Of a stretch of 64,000 bases of DNA, positions 20,292 through 30,140 are shown one piece after another. This DNA is from a candidate division WWE3 bacterium RAAC2_WWE3_1 (GTDB lineage: Bacteria; Patescibacteriota; WWE3; UBA101185; UBA10185): positions 657,680 to 721,679 of the forward strand of contig CP006914.1 of the NCBI GenBank assembly GCA_000503835.1, given 5' to 3'. Below the pieces are notes generated by a model. The model did no database searches. It was not told where the DNA came from and saw only the letters and a program-made list of their open reading frames with translations. The position numbers and the translations under genes are program-made. Position 1 is the first letter of the stretch. Each line of letters starts with the position of its first letter.

Positions 20292-21803
20292 ATGACAAAA
20301 CTTGAACTGGAAATACATGACGACGCCCTTTCGACGATAAATAAAATCAGAAACCTGAATGATTCAGGGATTGAACTGATTGTTCCCGAAGGTTCTATTC
20401 TCTTCGACAATATAATCAGTCTTAAACTTATCTCTCAGGCCGCCGACAAGAATCAAAAGATAATCCAGTTCACAACAACCGATGAAACCGGAGCCTCTCT
20501 CATCGCAATGCTGGAAGAGCCGGCGGGTCAGTCCGGACAGGACTACCGACCCGGGGAGATTGAACAGTTCGTAAACACTGCTCCGGAAAAGAGCCGCTTT
20601 ATTTTTAAAAAAGATATGCTTCCGAAGATAAAACTTCCGAAATTTAAAAGTGGCTTGATGCTGCCTGCAATAATTCTTGCGATACTGGCCGGAACAGTGT
20701 TTTTTCTTTCAAAAAAACCCGTGGCTTACGCAAGAGTTTTACTCAACTCCCAGCCTCTGACGAGAAGTACCACCGTAAAAGTGAAGCACGGAGGAACTAC
20801 AGACGCCGCAAAAATGGAATTGAAAGGACAGACACTGGACACCAATGTCGAAATTACGGATGAAATACCCGCAACGGGTGAGAAACTTGTGGGAAAAAAA
20901 GCGGAAGGGGAGGCGCTGCTTTATAACAAAACGGTTGAAGAAGTCGAACTTAAGAAAGGCAGCAAGTTAAATTATGATGAAAAAGACCTTGTCTATATCC
21001 TTGATGACGATGTTACTATTCCGGCACGCGTAGATGACCCGGTAGATCCTACAATAATAAAGCTCGGGGAAGCCACCGTAAAAATTACGGCAGCGGACAT
21101 AGGAAGTGACTACAACATCGACGCAAACGAAAACCTTGAAGTAGACGACCACAAATCAAGCGAAGTTGTGGCAAAAACGAAGGATGACCTGGAAGGGGGA
21201 GAGAGTAAAAAAGTAAAGGTGGTGGCAGAAGCGGACAAAGCGGCGCTTCAGAAAAAAGTTATAGAAGCCGCAAAGGAAAAGGCAGCCTCAGACCTGAAAT
21301 TTAAACTTGGAAAAACGCAACGTCTTATCGAAGGCTCCGTAATACCCACAATAACAAAAGAGGTTTATAGTGCAAAGCCGGGAGACGAAGCAGAAAAACT
21401 TATCCTTACAGGATACGCGAGCGCTTCGGGACTTACCTATCTGGACTCAGAGCTTAATTCCCTGCTCGATAAGATAGTCCAAAACCTGGTTCCTCAGGGG
21501 CACGTTCTCTCAGAAAAACAGCGCGAGGTCAGCGCAATACCTTTAGGTAACTCCAGTGCCAGCATACTTAATTCAGCCGAAGCCGACATGCAGATAACTT
21601 TAAAGACCTTTACCGTAACGGCAGTTGACAAAGAAGAGCTTAAAAAGACTCTGGCCGGAAAATCGGTGGCGGAAGCCGAAAAGGTCCTGGGAAGCATCGG
21701 CAGTCTTAGCACCTATTCCATCGAAATCAAGCCCGTGATACCCCTGTTTAACAAAGTTCCCAAGGATCTGAACAGGATCAATCTGGAAGTAGAGAATGAG
21801 TAA
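20292..21803 (+). CDS. membrane protein with baseplate J-like extracellular domain
   Basis: Cytoplasmic N-domain, TM at about aa 123-139, then ATGEKLVGKKAEG...LYN, V.ITA...G..YNI and GGES...VV...D pattern typical of baseplate J/gp47-like domains. Confidence 0.65.
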   Translation: MTKLELEIHDDALSTINKIRNLNDSGIELIVPEGSILFDNIISLKLISQAADKNQKIIQFTTTDETGASLIAMLEEPAGQSGQDYRPGEIEQFVNTAPEKSRFIFKKDMLPKIKLPKFKSGLMLPAIILAILAGTVFFLSKKPVAYARVLLNSQPLTRSTTVKVKHGGTTDAAKMELKGQTLDTNVEITDEIPATGEKLVGKKAEGEALLYNKTVEEVELKKGSKLNYDEKDLVYILDDDVTIPARVDDPVDPTIIKLGEATVKITAADIGSDYNIDANENLEVDDHKSSEVVAKTKDDLEGGESKKVKVVAEADKAALQKKVIEAAKEKAASDLKFKLGKTQRLIEGSVIPTITKEVYSAKPGDEAEKLILTGYASASGLTYLDSELNSLLDKIVQNLVPQGHVLSEKQREVSAIPLGNSSASILNSAEADMQITLKTFTVTAVDKEELKKTLAGKSVAEAEKVLGSIGSLSTYSIEIKPVIPLFNKVPKDLNRINLEVENE

Positions 21804-22236
21804 GAAAAAGGTTGTAGAAACAAACAAAAGCTATATCGGCATAGATTACGGCAGGAGTAACATCGGGGTCGCATTGGGAAAAAACGGATTCGTAACTCCT
21901 CTCAAAATAGTCAGCGGAAAAAGCCAAAACGGCGCGATAAGTGAGCTTATAAGGGCAGCGTTGGAGAACAAGGCCGCAGCATATGTAATGGGACTTCCCT
22001 TAACGGTAGATGGTAAGGAGACAGCGCAGTCTTTAGCAAACAGAAAGTTCGCTAAACTCCTAAGGATAATATCCAGAAAGCCTGTGATATTTACGAACGA
22101 AGCAGAATCAACACAGGAAGCACTTGAAAGCATGACTATTCAAAAAAGTACCGGAAGAAGGAAAGCTTACTCCGATGACATTGCGGCTGCGATAATACTC
22201 AGGCGTTTTTTTCAGGAAACCCCTGGAGGAGTTTAA
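21796..22236 (+). CDS. ruvX: YqgF/RuvX family pre-16S rRNA nuclease
   Basis: Motifs IGIDYG..IGVA, VMGLP, NEAEST and DDIAAAIIL. Confidence 0.9.
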   Translation: MSKKKVVETNKSYIGIDYGRSNIGVALGKNGFVTPLKIVSGKSQNGAISELIRAALENKAAAYVMGLPLTVDGKETAQSLANRKFAKLLRIISRKPVIFTNEAESTQEALESMTIQKSTGRRKAYSDDIAAAIILRRFFQETPGGV

Positions 22237-22438
22237 CCTCTGTCGACCCGCACTGACAACATTCAAAATTTTCTCCCGGCGTCAAGCACGACGGGCATAT
22301 AAAAACGCCCTCTTTTTCAACCAAATCTTCCTGCTTACAGGTGTTGCACAAGAACATAACCTGGTCCTGCGGTATTTTCCCGCATTTCGGGCACTGGAAT
22401 TTTAGGGAGGCTCTTTCCTGTTTATTAATTTCCGACAT
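22199..22438 (-). CDS. small Cys-rich zinc-ribbon protein
   Basis: Four CxxC pairs in 79 aa. TGcTAGCGT 6 nt before the ATG. Confidence 0.7.
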   Translation of the reverse strand: MSEINKQERASLKFQCPKCGKIPQDQVMFLCNTCKQEDLVEKEGVFICPSCLTPGENFECCQCGSTEVKLLQGFPEKNA

Positions 22439-22501
22439 AACAATACGCTAGCAAAAATCACGATGATTGTCACCATCGGGCGCATAGTCTAGAATGCATA
22501 C

Positions 22502-23464
22502 ATGAGCCTTCTACAAATATTCCTGATAGTATATTTAGCGGCCGGCGTGGTGTATGTCGGGTTCGTTCTATCACAAAGGTCTTTCAGTATTTTTATGCTG
22601 CCTATAAATATCCTCGGCGGTCCGCTCCTGGCGCTTCATTACTTCATAAAATATTTTTTAAAAAAGGACGCCGGTCCCGCGAAGATAAGACACAAGGACA
22701 TTCTGAAAGGGAAGAAGGCAGTGTTCTTTGATCTAGACGGCACAATATGGGACTCGGACATGCTGTGGGTAGAGGCAATAGAAAAAGTTGCCGTTGATAA
22801 CGGCCTCGGAAAAATAGATATAAGGAGTACGTATATGCCGGGAACGGAACTTGTGAAAATATGGAAAGTCCTGCGGGCTTACAACGGATTTAAATTTCCC
22901 GATAAGAAAGATCCCCGTACACTTGCCCGGGAGACTGAGGCCAGAATGGTAGAGCGTATAAATAGCTCGGAAAACATAGAGCTTATCGAAGGTTTCCGCG
23001 ATATCGCCTTTTTCTTAAAAGAAGAGAAGGGTTTAAAGCTCGGGCTGGTCACAAACTCAAGCAAAGAAGTAGCCGGGGCCCTGACACAGAAAGCAGGAAT
23101 ATCCTACATGTTCGACCTGATCCTTACCGGAAGCGAGATATCAAAAAAGAAACCGTCCCCGAAAATGTTTTTTAAGGCAGCAAGAAAACTTCGTGTCCCT
23201 CCAAAAAACGTGCTTGTGTTTGAGGACTCCTTGTCGGGCTCAAAAGCCGCCTGGAGGGCCGGGATGGACCAGATAATCATATGGAGAACGGATATTCCTC
23301 AGGTAGATTACCACGGTAATATATACGGATTCTATCCCGACTTTGAGAGCCTGGATAAAATAATAAGCGCGTCGTCCCACCAAAGAGTTCTTGAAGGGAT
23401 AAAACACTTTAGAGAATCAAAGGGAATTTTGGATACGCCCGAAGAACCGCAGGTTAATCAATAA
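22502..23464 (+). CDS. HAD-superfamily phosphatase (beta-PGM/CbbY-like) with N-terminal membrane hairpin
   Basis: Motifs FDLDGT, VTNS, KKP.P and VFEDS. Two N-terminal hydrophobic segments. Confidence 0.85.
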   Translation: MSLLQIFLIVYLAAGVVYVGFVLSQRSFSIFMLPINILGGPLLALHYFIKYFLKKDAGPAKIRHKDILKGKKAVFFDLDGTIWDSDMLWVEAIEKVAVDNGLGKIDIRSTYMPGTELVKIWKVLRAYNGFKFPDKKDPRTLARETEARMVERINSSENIELIEGFRDIAFFLKEEKGLKLGLVTNSSKEVAGALTQKAGISYMFDLILTGSEISKKKPSPKMFFKAARKLRVPPKNVLVFEDSLSGSKAAWRAGMDQIIIWRTDIPQVDYHGNIYGFYPDFESLDKIISASSHQRVLEGIKHFRESKGILDTPEEPQVNQ

Positions 23465-23717
23465 ACGTAAAAATAATCTTGTCCAGCTTTACAAAAAACA
23501 TCGGGTTTTTCAAAGATTTTATAAACTTCCATAAATTACCGGAGTCCCCGGAAACTACCAACTCACTGTGATCGGACGAGTAGTGCTCAACCCCGTGCAG
23601 ATGGAGTTTAAATGTACGGATTTTGGTCCGGAGAAACAACTGCGTCCATATCTTTTCGTGTTTACCAAGTATATTCATTTGTAGTTTTCTTTTCTTTGTT
23701 TCTTTCATATCTACCAA
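23454..23717 (-). CDS. hypothetical protein (possible acylphosphatase-like fold)
   Basis: 87-aa ORF divergent from dnaA. The LHGV...SELVVSGD...L.KFI pattern is only weakly acylphosphatase-like. Confidence 0.4.
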   Translation of the reverse strand: MVDMKETKKRKLQMNILGKHEKIWTQLFLRTKIRTFKLHLHGVEHYSSDHSELVVSGDSGNLWKFIKSLKNPMFFVKLDKIIFTFID

Positions 23718-23765
23718 AGAACCGTATATTATAACACACAGAATCGGAGATGCGAAACGGACAAA

Positions 23766-23870
23766 AGTGGATAAAAAACAACAAAGATTAGACAGAATTC
23801 ACAAAATGGCCAAGACACCAAACAAAAAGCTTCCAACAAGCAACACAAGTTGCTTTATCATTGTGGATAA
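23766..23870. promoter_or_regulatory. DnaA boxes upstream of dnaA
   Basis: TGTGGATAA (23862-23870; perfect TTATCCACA on the minus strand) and AGTGGATAA (23766-23774). Confidence 0.7.
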
Positions 23871-23920
23871 CTTTTGATATATTTGACAAATCCCGCCTAA
23901 AAAGAAATTTTTTGCACCCT

Positions 23921-25330
23921 ATGATGGAGAACTTTAAAGAAAAACCAATAGAGTTCTGGAAGGCTGTCCTCGGAGAAGTAGAACTTAAACTATCACCCAT
24001 GGTGTTTAAATCTTTAGTTTCCAGAACCACCGCAGAAATTGATAACGACGGAAACTTAAAGGTTCTGTGCGAGGACGATTTTGTTAAAAACAACGTAGAA
24101 AAAAGGTATAACGGGGTAATCGAGGAGGCAGCCATGAAACTTGCCAACCGCAGGGTGTTGCTTAAAGTAGTAGTAAAAAAAGCGGGTGTAGAAGAAAAAT
24201 CCGCCGCGGCAGCTGCTAATACAAACTTGGGGCCCCTTTTTATCCAACCAAGATCTCCCGCGGACACAATGAGGGAAAAACAGAAAAAATCCAACCTGTC
24301 TCCCAAGTTCACGTTCGAAAGTTACGTTATGGGAAAAAACAACAACCTCGCATATGCCATAGCCACGGCTGTGGCCCAAAGACCGGGAGAGTTATACAAC
24401 CCTGTTTTCGTATATTCCGGGGTAGGTTTAGGAAAAACACACTTGATCCAGGCAATAGGCAATGAAATAGTAAAAAACAAGCCGGGAATGAATGTTGTAT
24501 ACACGACCGGGGAAGCCTTTACGAACGAGCTCATAGATGCAATCAAGAACGGTAAGGGAGGTCCGGGTAAATATACTACCAACGATTTTAGAAATAAGTT
24601 CAGAAAAGCCGATGTGCTCCTGATAGACGATATCCAGTTCGTGATAGGAAAAGAGGCCACGCAGGAAGAGTTTTTCCACACATTCAACGCGCTTTACATG
24701 GCGCAAAAACAGATAGTGATTACTTCTGACCGCCCCCCAAAGGACTTCAACAGTTTTGAAGAAAGAATAACGTCAAGATTCAGCAGTGGAATAATCGCGG
24801 ACATACAAGCCCCGGACATGGAGGTCAGGGCGGCTATTCTGAGAACAAAGAGGGATATGCTGGGACACAACATTTCGAACGAAGTTCTTAATTTTATTGC
24901 CGAAAGCGTCACAACAAATATCAGAGAGTTGGAGGGTGCCTACGTGCAGGTATTAAGCGGCGCTATGGCCTCAAAGATAGAGCCTACCAAAGAATCCGCC
25001 GCGGCCGCTCTAGGACAAAACCTCAGAAACAACCAAAAAAGGAATGTCAGTGTAAACGAAATATTAAAGGCAGTATGTACTTACTACGCTGTAAAAGTTC
25101 CGGACATAAAAGGAAAACGAAGAACAAAAGACCTGGTAATACCGCGCCAGGTGGCAATGTTTCTTATGAAAGAAATGACCGACACACCTTACATGACAAT
25201 CGGAGATTTTTTAGGAGGGAGGGACCACACCACCATAATGCACGGGGTAAGAACCATTGAGGGAGAAGTTTCAAAGGCCGGAAAGATAAAACAAGATATC
25301 GTTAACGTGCGGCTTACGTTGGCAGAATAA
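23921..25330 (+). CDS. dnaA: chromosomal replication initiator DnaA
   Basis: Motifs FTFESYVMG, YNPVFVYSGVGLGKTHL, LLIDDIQF and GGRDHTTIMH. ATG 23921 chosen as start. Confidence 0.98.
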   Translation: MMENFKEKPIEFWKAVLGEVELKLSPMVFKSLVSRTTAEIDNDGNLKVLCEDDFVKNNVEKRYNGVIEEAAMKLANRRVLLKVVVKKAGVEEKSAAAAANTNLGPLFIQPRSPADTMREKQKKSNLSPKFTFESYVMGKNNNLAYAIATAVAQRPGELYNPVFVYSGVGLGKTHLIQAIGNEIVKNKPGMNVVYTTGEAFTNELIDAIKNGKGGPGKYTTNDFRNKFRKADVLLIDDIQFVIGKEATQEEFFHTFNALYMAQKQIVITSDRPPKDFNSFEERITSRFSSGIIADIQAPDMEVRAAILRTKRDMLGHNISNEVLNFIAESVTTNIRELEGAYVQVLSGAMASKIEPTKESAAAALGQNLRNNQKRNVSVNEILKAVCTYYAVKVPDIKGKRRTKDLVIPRQVAMFLMKEMTDTPYMTIGDFLGGRDHTTIMHGVRTIEGEVSKAGKIKQDIVNVRLTLAE

Positions 25331-25630
25331 TGTGCATAAAATAGTATAATACTACAAGCCCTGTGGACAAGTGCCCTGAGTTATACACAAGAGTATCCCC
25401 AGGAATATAGGACTTTTCAACAAACACAGTTGCCAGCAATTCAACTTTTATATTTTAACAAGAGTGCTTAAGGCCGAAGGAATCACTTTTTCTGCCTGTC
25501 CACAAAACCGGTGGAGGCCAAACGCCCGAGCAAAGCCAAACAGAGAGATTGTCCACAAATACACAGCACTAATGAAACTAAGACTGAATATGTATATATA
25601 AAACTTAATGAAATATAATGGGGATAACAA
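25331..25630. other. probable replication origin oriC
   Basis: Cluster of DnaA-box-like 9-mers: TGTGCATAA 25331, TGTGGACAA 25362, TTATACACA 25381, TTTTCAACA 25414, CTGTCCACA 25496, TTGTCCACA 25549, TGGGGATAA 25619. AT-rich tract at about 25585-25620. By eye, the plus strand shifts from A/C-rich to G/T-rich here. Confidence 0.8.
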
Positions 25631-26776
25631 ATGTTGTTTTTAACAATACTGACTACAAAACTTCTTGCATTCCTTATAAAACTTTTCGGTCTTGGTTCAG
25701 GAGGTACCTGGCCCGGGCATGTTGCCTTAAGGTTATATCCGAACGTCTTGTCCGATTCCGGTATTTCTCCCTCTCTCGGTACGATTCTGGTATCAGGTAC
25801 TAACGGAAAGACCACTACAACTAAAATGCTCTGCCATGTTTTGCGCGGAAAAGGTCTTGTCGTCACCACTAACGCTTCGGGGGCAAACCTGACTAACGGT
25901 ATAGCTTCCGCCTTGCTTTTAGGCAACTCTCTGTTTAGTAAACGCCGCGCCGACTATGCCGTTCTGGAGGTAGACGAGTTCGCCCTGCCTTCCGTCTTAA
26001 CGCAAATGAAAGTTGAAGGAGTTGTACTGCTGAATCTTTCCCGCGATCAGCTGGACCGCTATGGGGAAACCGACCTCATTCTCGAAAGGTGGGAAAAATC
26101 CGTAAATGAAAGCGACATTAATTGCGTGGTTTTGGACAAATCTTTTAAGTACTTTAGTGAAATGAGGTTTACGTCGGGTGTGCAGGTTGTCGACACTCAG
26201 GACATTCCGGAAGGAGCCTTACCGGCAGAGCTGAAGGAAAGGTTTCACGCCAAGAATATAAAAGCGGTCTTAGCAACGTTGTCCTTTTTAGGGATTCCGT
26301 TCGAGGAGGCCGCCTTATTGCTGGCCGATTTTCAGGCGGCTTATGGTAGGGGAGAGGTGATTGGCTCCGGAGGTATTAATTTTCATTTGTTTCTGGCAAA
26401 GAATCCGGCAAGCCTTGCTGCTAATCTGAAAGTTTTTGAAGAAAAGAAAAATGATTTTGATGCCGTACTTTTTATTCTGAATGACAACATCCCTGATGGG
26501 CGGGATGTCTCATGGATTTATGATGTTGAACCTTCGCTCGTTCTTTCGGCGTGCACCGGGAAAGAAGTTTATGTTTCCGGTGTGAGGGGTTTTGATATGG
26601 CCGTGAGACTTGATTACGCGGGCGTGTCTTTCCCCCAAAAGAACGTATCTGTATCAGTGCCTGAAATCATCGAGCACATAAAAAATAAAAGTTCTGTGAA
26701 AAATGTCGCTGTGTTTCCCAATTACTCTGCAATGCTGGATTTCAGGAAAATGCTGGTGGGAAGGAAAATATTATGA
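25631..26776 (+). CDS. murT: MurT-like Mur ligase (DUF1727), lipid II isoglutaminyl synthase subunit
   Basis: Motifs GSGGTWPG, SGTNGKTTT, GANL..GI, EVDE, NLSRDQLDRYGE and DGRDVSWIYD. Confidence 0.9.
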   Translation: MLFLTILTTKLLAFLIKLFGLGSGGTWPGHVALRLYPNVLSDSGISPSLGTILVSGTNGKTTTTKMLCHVLRGKGLVVTTNASGANLTNGIASALLLGNSLFSKRRADYAVLEVDEFALPSVLTQMKVEGVVLLNLSRDQLDRYGETDLILERWEKSVNESDINCVVLDKSFKYFSEMRFTSGVQVVDTQDIPEGALPAELKERFHAKNIKAVLATLSFLGIPFEEAALLLADFQAAYGRGEVIGSGGINFHLFLAKNPASLAANLKVFEEKKNDFDAVLFILNDNIPDGRDVSWIYDVEPSLVLSACTGKEVYVSGVRGFDMAVRLDYAGVSFPQKNVSVSVPEIIEHIKNKSSVKNVAVFPNYSAMLDFRKMLVGRKIL

Positions 26777-27540
26777 ACAAACTTTCGATAGGGTACCTGT
26801 ACAAAGACGAACTCAATTTATACGGAGACAACGGAAACATCGAAGTGTTAGCCGCAAGATGCTTGCGCAGGGATATTGAATGCGAGATTGTTTTAATAAA
26901 TAAAGGGAAACTTTCCGCCTACGATCGATTGTCAGGGGTCAACTTATTGTTTATGGGAGGAGGGCCCGACTCATCCCAAAAATCAATTTACAGGGATTTT
27001 TTGGAAGAAAAAGAACCCTTCGTTCGGGACTACGTGGCCTCCGGAAAAACAGGACTGTTCGTGTGCGGCTCCTACCAGCTGATGGGTGATTACTACAGGT
27101 CGGCGGATGGAACTGAGCTGAAAGGGCTGGGTATATTTAAAGCTCACACCGTTCATTTCGGGAAAAACAAACCCCGTTGTATAGGTAACGTCAGGGCTAG
27201 GCTCAACAACCAAATTTCCTCCGATTCGGTCTTTAAAAGCACGGATTTCTTAGGAGAAGAAGTGCTCGGGTTCGAGAACCATGGTGGCAGGACCTATCTT
27301 GACGCCGGGGTAAAGCCTTTTGCGCACGTAACGTACGGGCACGGAAACAATTCCGAAGACGCTACTGAAGGAATTGTCGAAGGAAATTGTATAGGCACTT
27401 ATTTTCACGGCCCCGTACTTGCAAAAAACCCTCATTTAGCGGATTATCTAATTGCAAAAGCTTTGGATGTTAATGAGTTGCCAAAGCTGAACGACGCGCT
27501 CACAACCGCTTCTTACACTGCCTCAAAGAAGCTGAGGTAA
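26773..27540 (+). CDS. gatD: GatD glutamine amidotransferase (CobQ-like)
   Basis: Motifs LNLYGDNGN, GGGPD, VCGSYQL, GFENHGGRT and TYFHGPVL. Confidence 0.9.
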   Translation: MNKLSIGYLYKDELNLYGDNGNIEVLAARCLRRDIECEIVLINKGKLSAYDRLSGVNLLFMGGGPDSSQKSIYRDFLEEKEPFVRDYVASGKTGLFVCGSYQLMGDYYRSADGTELKGLGIFKAHTVHFGKNKPRCIGNVRARLNNQISSDSVFKSTDFLGEEVLGFENHGGRTYLDAGVKPFAHVTYGHGNNSEDATEGIVEGNCIGTYFHGPVLAKNPHLADYLIAKALDVNELPKLNDALTTASYTASKKLR

Positions 27541-28758
27541 ATGAAGAAGATACAAATCTCAAAAATATTATTTTTTGTCCTCATCGCAGTTTTACCTGTC
27601 AATCTCGGTAAGCATTTTGAATTTTCAGGAGCTTATGTTTACGGAAATCTTGTTGATTACCTCGTTCCTGCTTTATATCCCCAGGACATTTTGGCACTTG
27701 TTCTTCTACTTGCGATTATTTTCGAAAAAAAGAAGATTGTATTACAGGGGCCTGTCAGGAAGTTGGGCGTCTTTTTAGGGCTCTTATTTCTCTCTTCCAT
27801 ATTCGCTTCGAGAGTTCTTCCGTCACTGTGGTTTTCTTTCAGAATATTTCTTTACTCTATGACGGCGGTATATGTTTATTTTTGGGTTGATCTGGAAAAG
27901 GACGCCGCGCTGTTACGGAAAATCCTGACCATACAATTTTTATTTATCAGTACTCTGGCCATTCTGCAGTTTTTTATGAGGGGAGCCGTCTTTGATAACT
28001 ACCTTTTTCTGGGCGAACAGCCCTATTCGGTTAGCACTCCCTTTATCACTAAGGAATTTTTCTTCGGCTCCGCAATACTTCCGCCTATGGGGTTATTCCG
28101 GCACCCTAACGTACTGGCGGGATATTTAGCTCTCCTGTTAATAATGACTATTTTCCGCTTCCCGAGAAACAACCTGGGAGTTGTCTCTTTTTGTCTTGGG
28201 CTGTTGGCACTTCTTATGACATTTAGTGTGTTTACGTGGGCGGTAGTTTTCTTAACTTTGGTTCTGTATAAAATACTCCCCGACAAAAAACACATAATGT
28301 ACCTGTATCTTTTCGGGGCGTCGCTAATAATGCTGGTCCCGTTCTTTCCTTTCTCTTCTGACAGTGCCTCTTTTTACAGAAGGGACAGTCTTCTGGGGGC
28401 AAGCTATAGAATTGCGGGAGAATTTCCTTTACTTGGGGTCGGGGCGAACAACTTTACTTCTTACGTGGATGATTATCAGGTCACTGACGACATTAGATTC
28501 ACCCAGCCCGTGCATAACGTGTTTGCTTTGGTACTTGCGGAGTCAGGTGTTTTTGCTTTCCTGCTTTTTTTGCTCATCTTTTTTGAAGCGTACGCCGGAG
28601 TGTTCCGGGAAGGATCGACCCCCCTGTTTATTTCCATGTCCGTACTGCTTTTACTCATGAGTTTTGATCATTATTTTTGGACAATGCACCAGACATCACT
28701 TCTGTTTTTCCTTGTTCTGGGGTTGTCCTGGAAGTATGCCTATGGACAAAGAAATTGA
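27541..28758 (+). CDS. O-antigen ligase/Wzy-like membrane protein
   Basis: Multi-TM; motifs GLFRHPNVLAG, GVGANNF and PVHNVF. Confidence 0.8.
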   Translation: MKKIQISKILFFVLIAVLPVNLGKHFEFSGAYVYGNLVDYLVPALYPQDILALVLLLAIIFEKKKIVLQGPVRKLGVFLGLLFLSSIFASRVLPSLWFSFRIFLYSMTAVYVYFWVDLEKDAALLRKILTIQFLFISTLAILQFFMRGAVFDNYLFLGEQPYSVSTPFITKEFFFGSAILPPMGLFRHPNVLAGYLALLLIMTIFRFPRNNLGVVSFCLGLLALLMTFSVFTWAVVFLTLVLYKILPDKKHIMYLYLFGASLIMLVPFFPFSSDSASFYRRDSLLGASYRIAGEFPLLGVGANNFTSYVDDYQVTDDIRFTQPVHNVFALVLAESGVFAFLLFLLIFFEAYAGVFREGSTPLFISMSVLLLLMSFDHYFWTMHQTSLLFFLVLGLSWKYAYGQRN

Positions 28759-28779
28759 TATTTATATATAATTCTTTTA

Positions 28780-30093
28780 ATGCGCAACAAGCTCCTATTA
28801 ACTGCTCTTATACTGGTGATTCCTTTCCTTCTTACAGCGTGCACCCTTAAAGATTTGCCGGTTGTCGGTAGATTTTTCGGCGGAGGCGGCGGACTGCCCG
28901 GAGGACCGGTAACTCTGAATGTCTGGGGTCTGTGGGAAAATCCGGAAGTGATGCAGGAATTAATAGCTAAATACAAGGAAACCCATCCCAATGTTGATAT
29001 AAGGTATGACGATAGGAGTATTATGAAAGCTTCCCAGTACAAGGAAACTTTAGTCGGAAGGATCGGACAGCCCGACGTCGCCGACGTATTTTTAGTGCAC
29101 AACACCTGGGTGCCGGAGCTAAGGGGATCTCTCGCACCGGCTCCGTCGAAGACCGTAAACGAAGCGCAGTTTGTTGAAAGATATTATCCGGTAGCGAAAG
29201 ACAGTGCCGTCTTTGAGGGCAACGTGTATGCACTTCCCATGTATTACGACGGAATCGCGCTTGTTTATAATAAAAAACATTTTGAGGAGGAAGGGCAATT
29301 GTCTCCTCCTACCTCCTGGGAGGAATTTAGAAGACTCGCTTTTAACTTAACTAAGAGAGACGAGGACGGGAATGTTACGAGAGCTGGAGCTGCTATGGGT
29401 ACCGCGGACAACATCGATTTCTTTTCCGACATACTTGGAACTTTTTTTGCTCAAGCCGGAGTGGAAGTTCCGAGCGGCCTGGACAGCAAACCTGCAAGAG
29501 ACGCACTGGCCTTCTACGTCCTTTTCAGCAAATCAGACAAGGGGTGGGACAACAGCTTTCCGGAAGCATCTGCGGCGTTCGGACAGGAAAGAGTATCTAT
29601 GATTTTTGTCCCCAGCTGGAACTTGCTGGATATTTTAAAAGCACGTCCCGATCTGCAGATCGGCGTCGCCCCGATTCCTCAGGCGACTCTGGACAGCCCT
29701 GTTTCCTGGGCAAGTTTTTGGATGTATGCGGTTCCGGCGGCCAGCCCGAATAAAGAGGCTGCCTGGGAGTTTATAAACTTTTTAGCCCAGGAAGAGTCTC
29801 AGTCGGCACTTTTTAATGCCGCCGTAAGGTACAGAACCTACGGTGCCCCCTTTAGCTTAGTTTCCCTGAAAGACCAAGTTTCCGCAGGTCCTTACGGAAC
29901 TTATCTCAAACCAATATTAGAAACCGCGACTTACGCGAAGTCCACGCCGTTTGCGTCACGTGCAGGTAATGATATTTATGTTAATGCTCTTAAGGAGGCG
30001 GTGAATTCGGTCCTTACCTCCACCGAGGACATAAAAATTGCCAGTGAGGCCGCGCTTAAAGTAGCAAAATCCAAAATAGTTTCTCCCAAATAG
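28780..30093 (+). CDS. sugar-type extracellular solute-binding lipoprotein
   Basis: Lipobox LTAC; motifs YALP, LVYNK and PTSWEEF. No adjacent permease genes. Confidence 0.85.
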   Translation: MRNKLLLTALILVIPFLLTACTLKDLPVVGRFFGGGGGLPGGPVTLNVWGLWENPEVMQELIAKYKETHPNVDIRYDDRSIMKASQYKETLVGRIGQPDVADVFLVHNTWVPELRGSLAPAPSKTVNEAQFVERYYPVAKDSAVFEGNVYALPMYYDGIALVYNKKHFEEEGQLSPPTSWEEFRRLAFNLTKRDEDGNVTRAGAAMGTADNIDFFSDILGTFFAQAGVEVPSGLDSKPARDALAFYVLFSKSDKGWDNSFPEASAAFGQERVSMIFVPSWNLLDILKARPDLQIGVAPIPQATLDSPVSWASFWMYAVPAASPNKEAAWEFINFLAQEESQSALFNAAVRYRTYGAPFSLVSLKDQVSAGPYGTYLKPILETATYAKSTPFASRAGNDIYVNALKEAVNSVLTSTEDIKIASEAALKVAKSKIVSPK

Positions 30094-30140
30094 ATTTGGA
30101 GCAGGTTTGAATAAGAGAAGTTTTGAGGTATTCTTTCCCC

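Noticed and set aside
20292-21803. Prophage suggested by the baseplate-J-like domain
   Set aside because: No terminase, capsid, tail or integrase genes are present. The protein is membrane-anchored and in an operon with ruvX.
25448-25926. Short ORFs across the origin region
   Set aside because: They overlap the DnaA-box cluster or are antisense to murT, and show no protein-like features.
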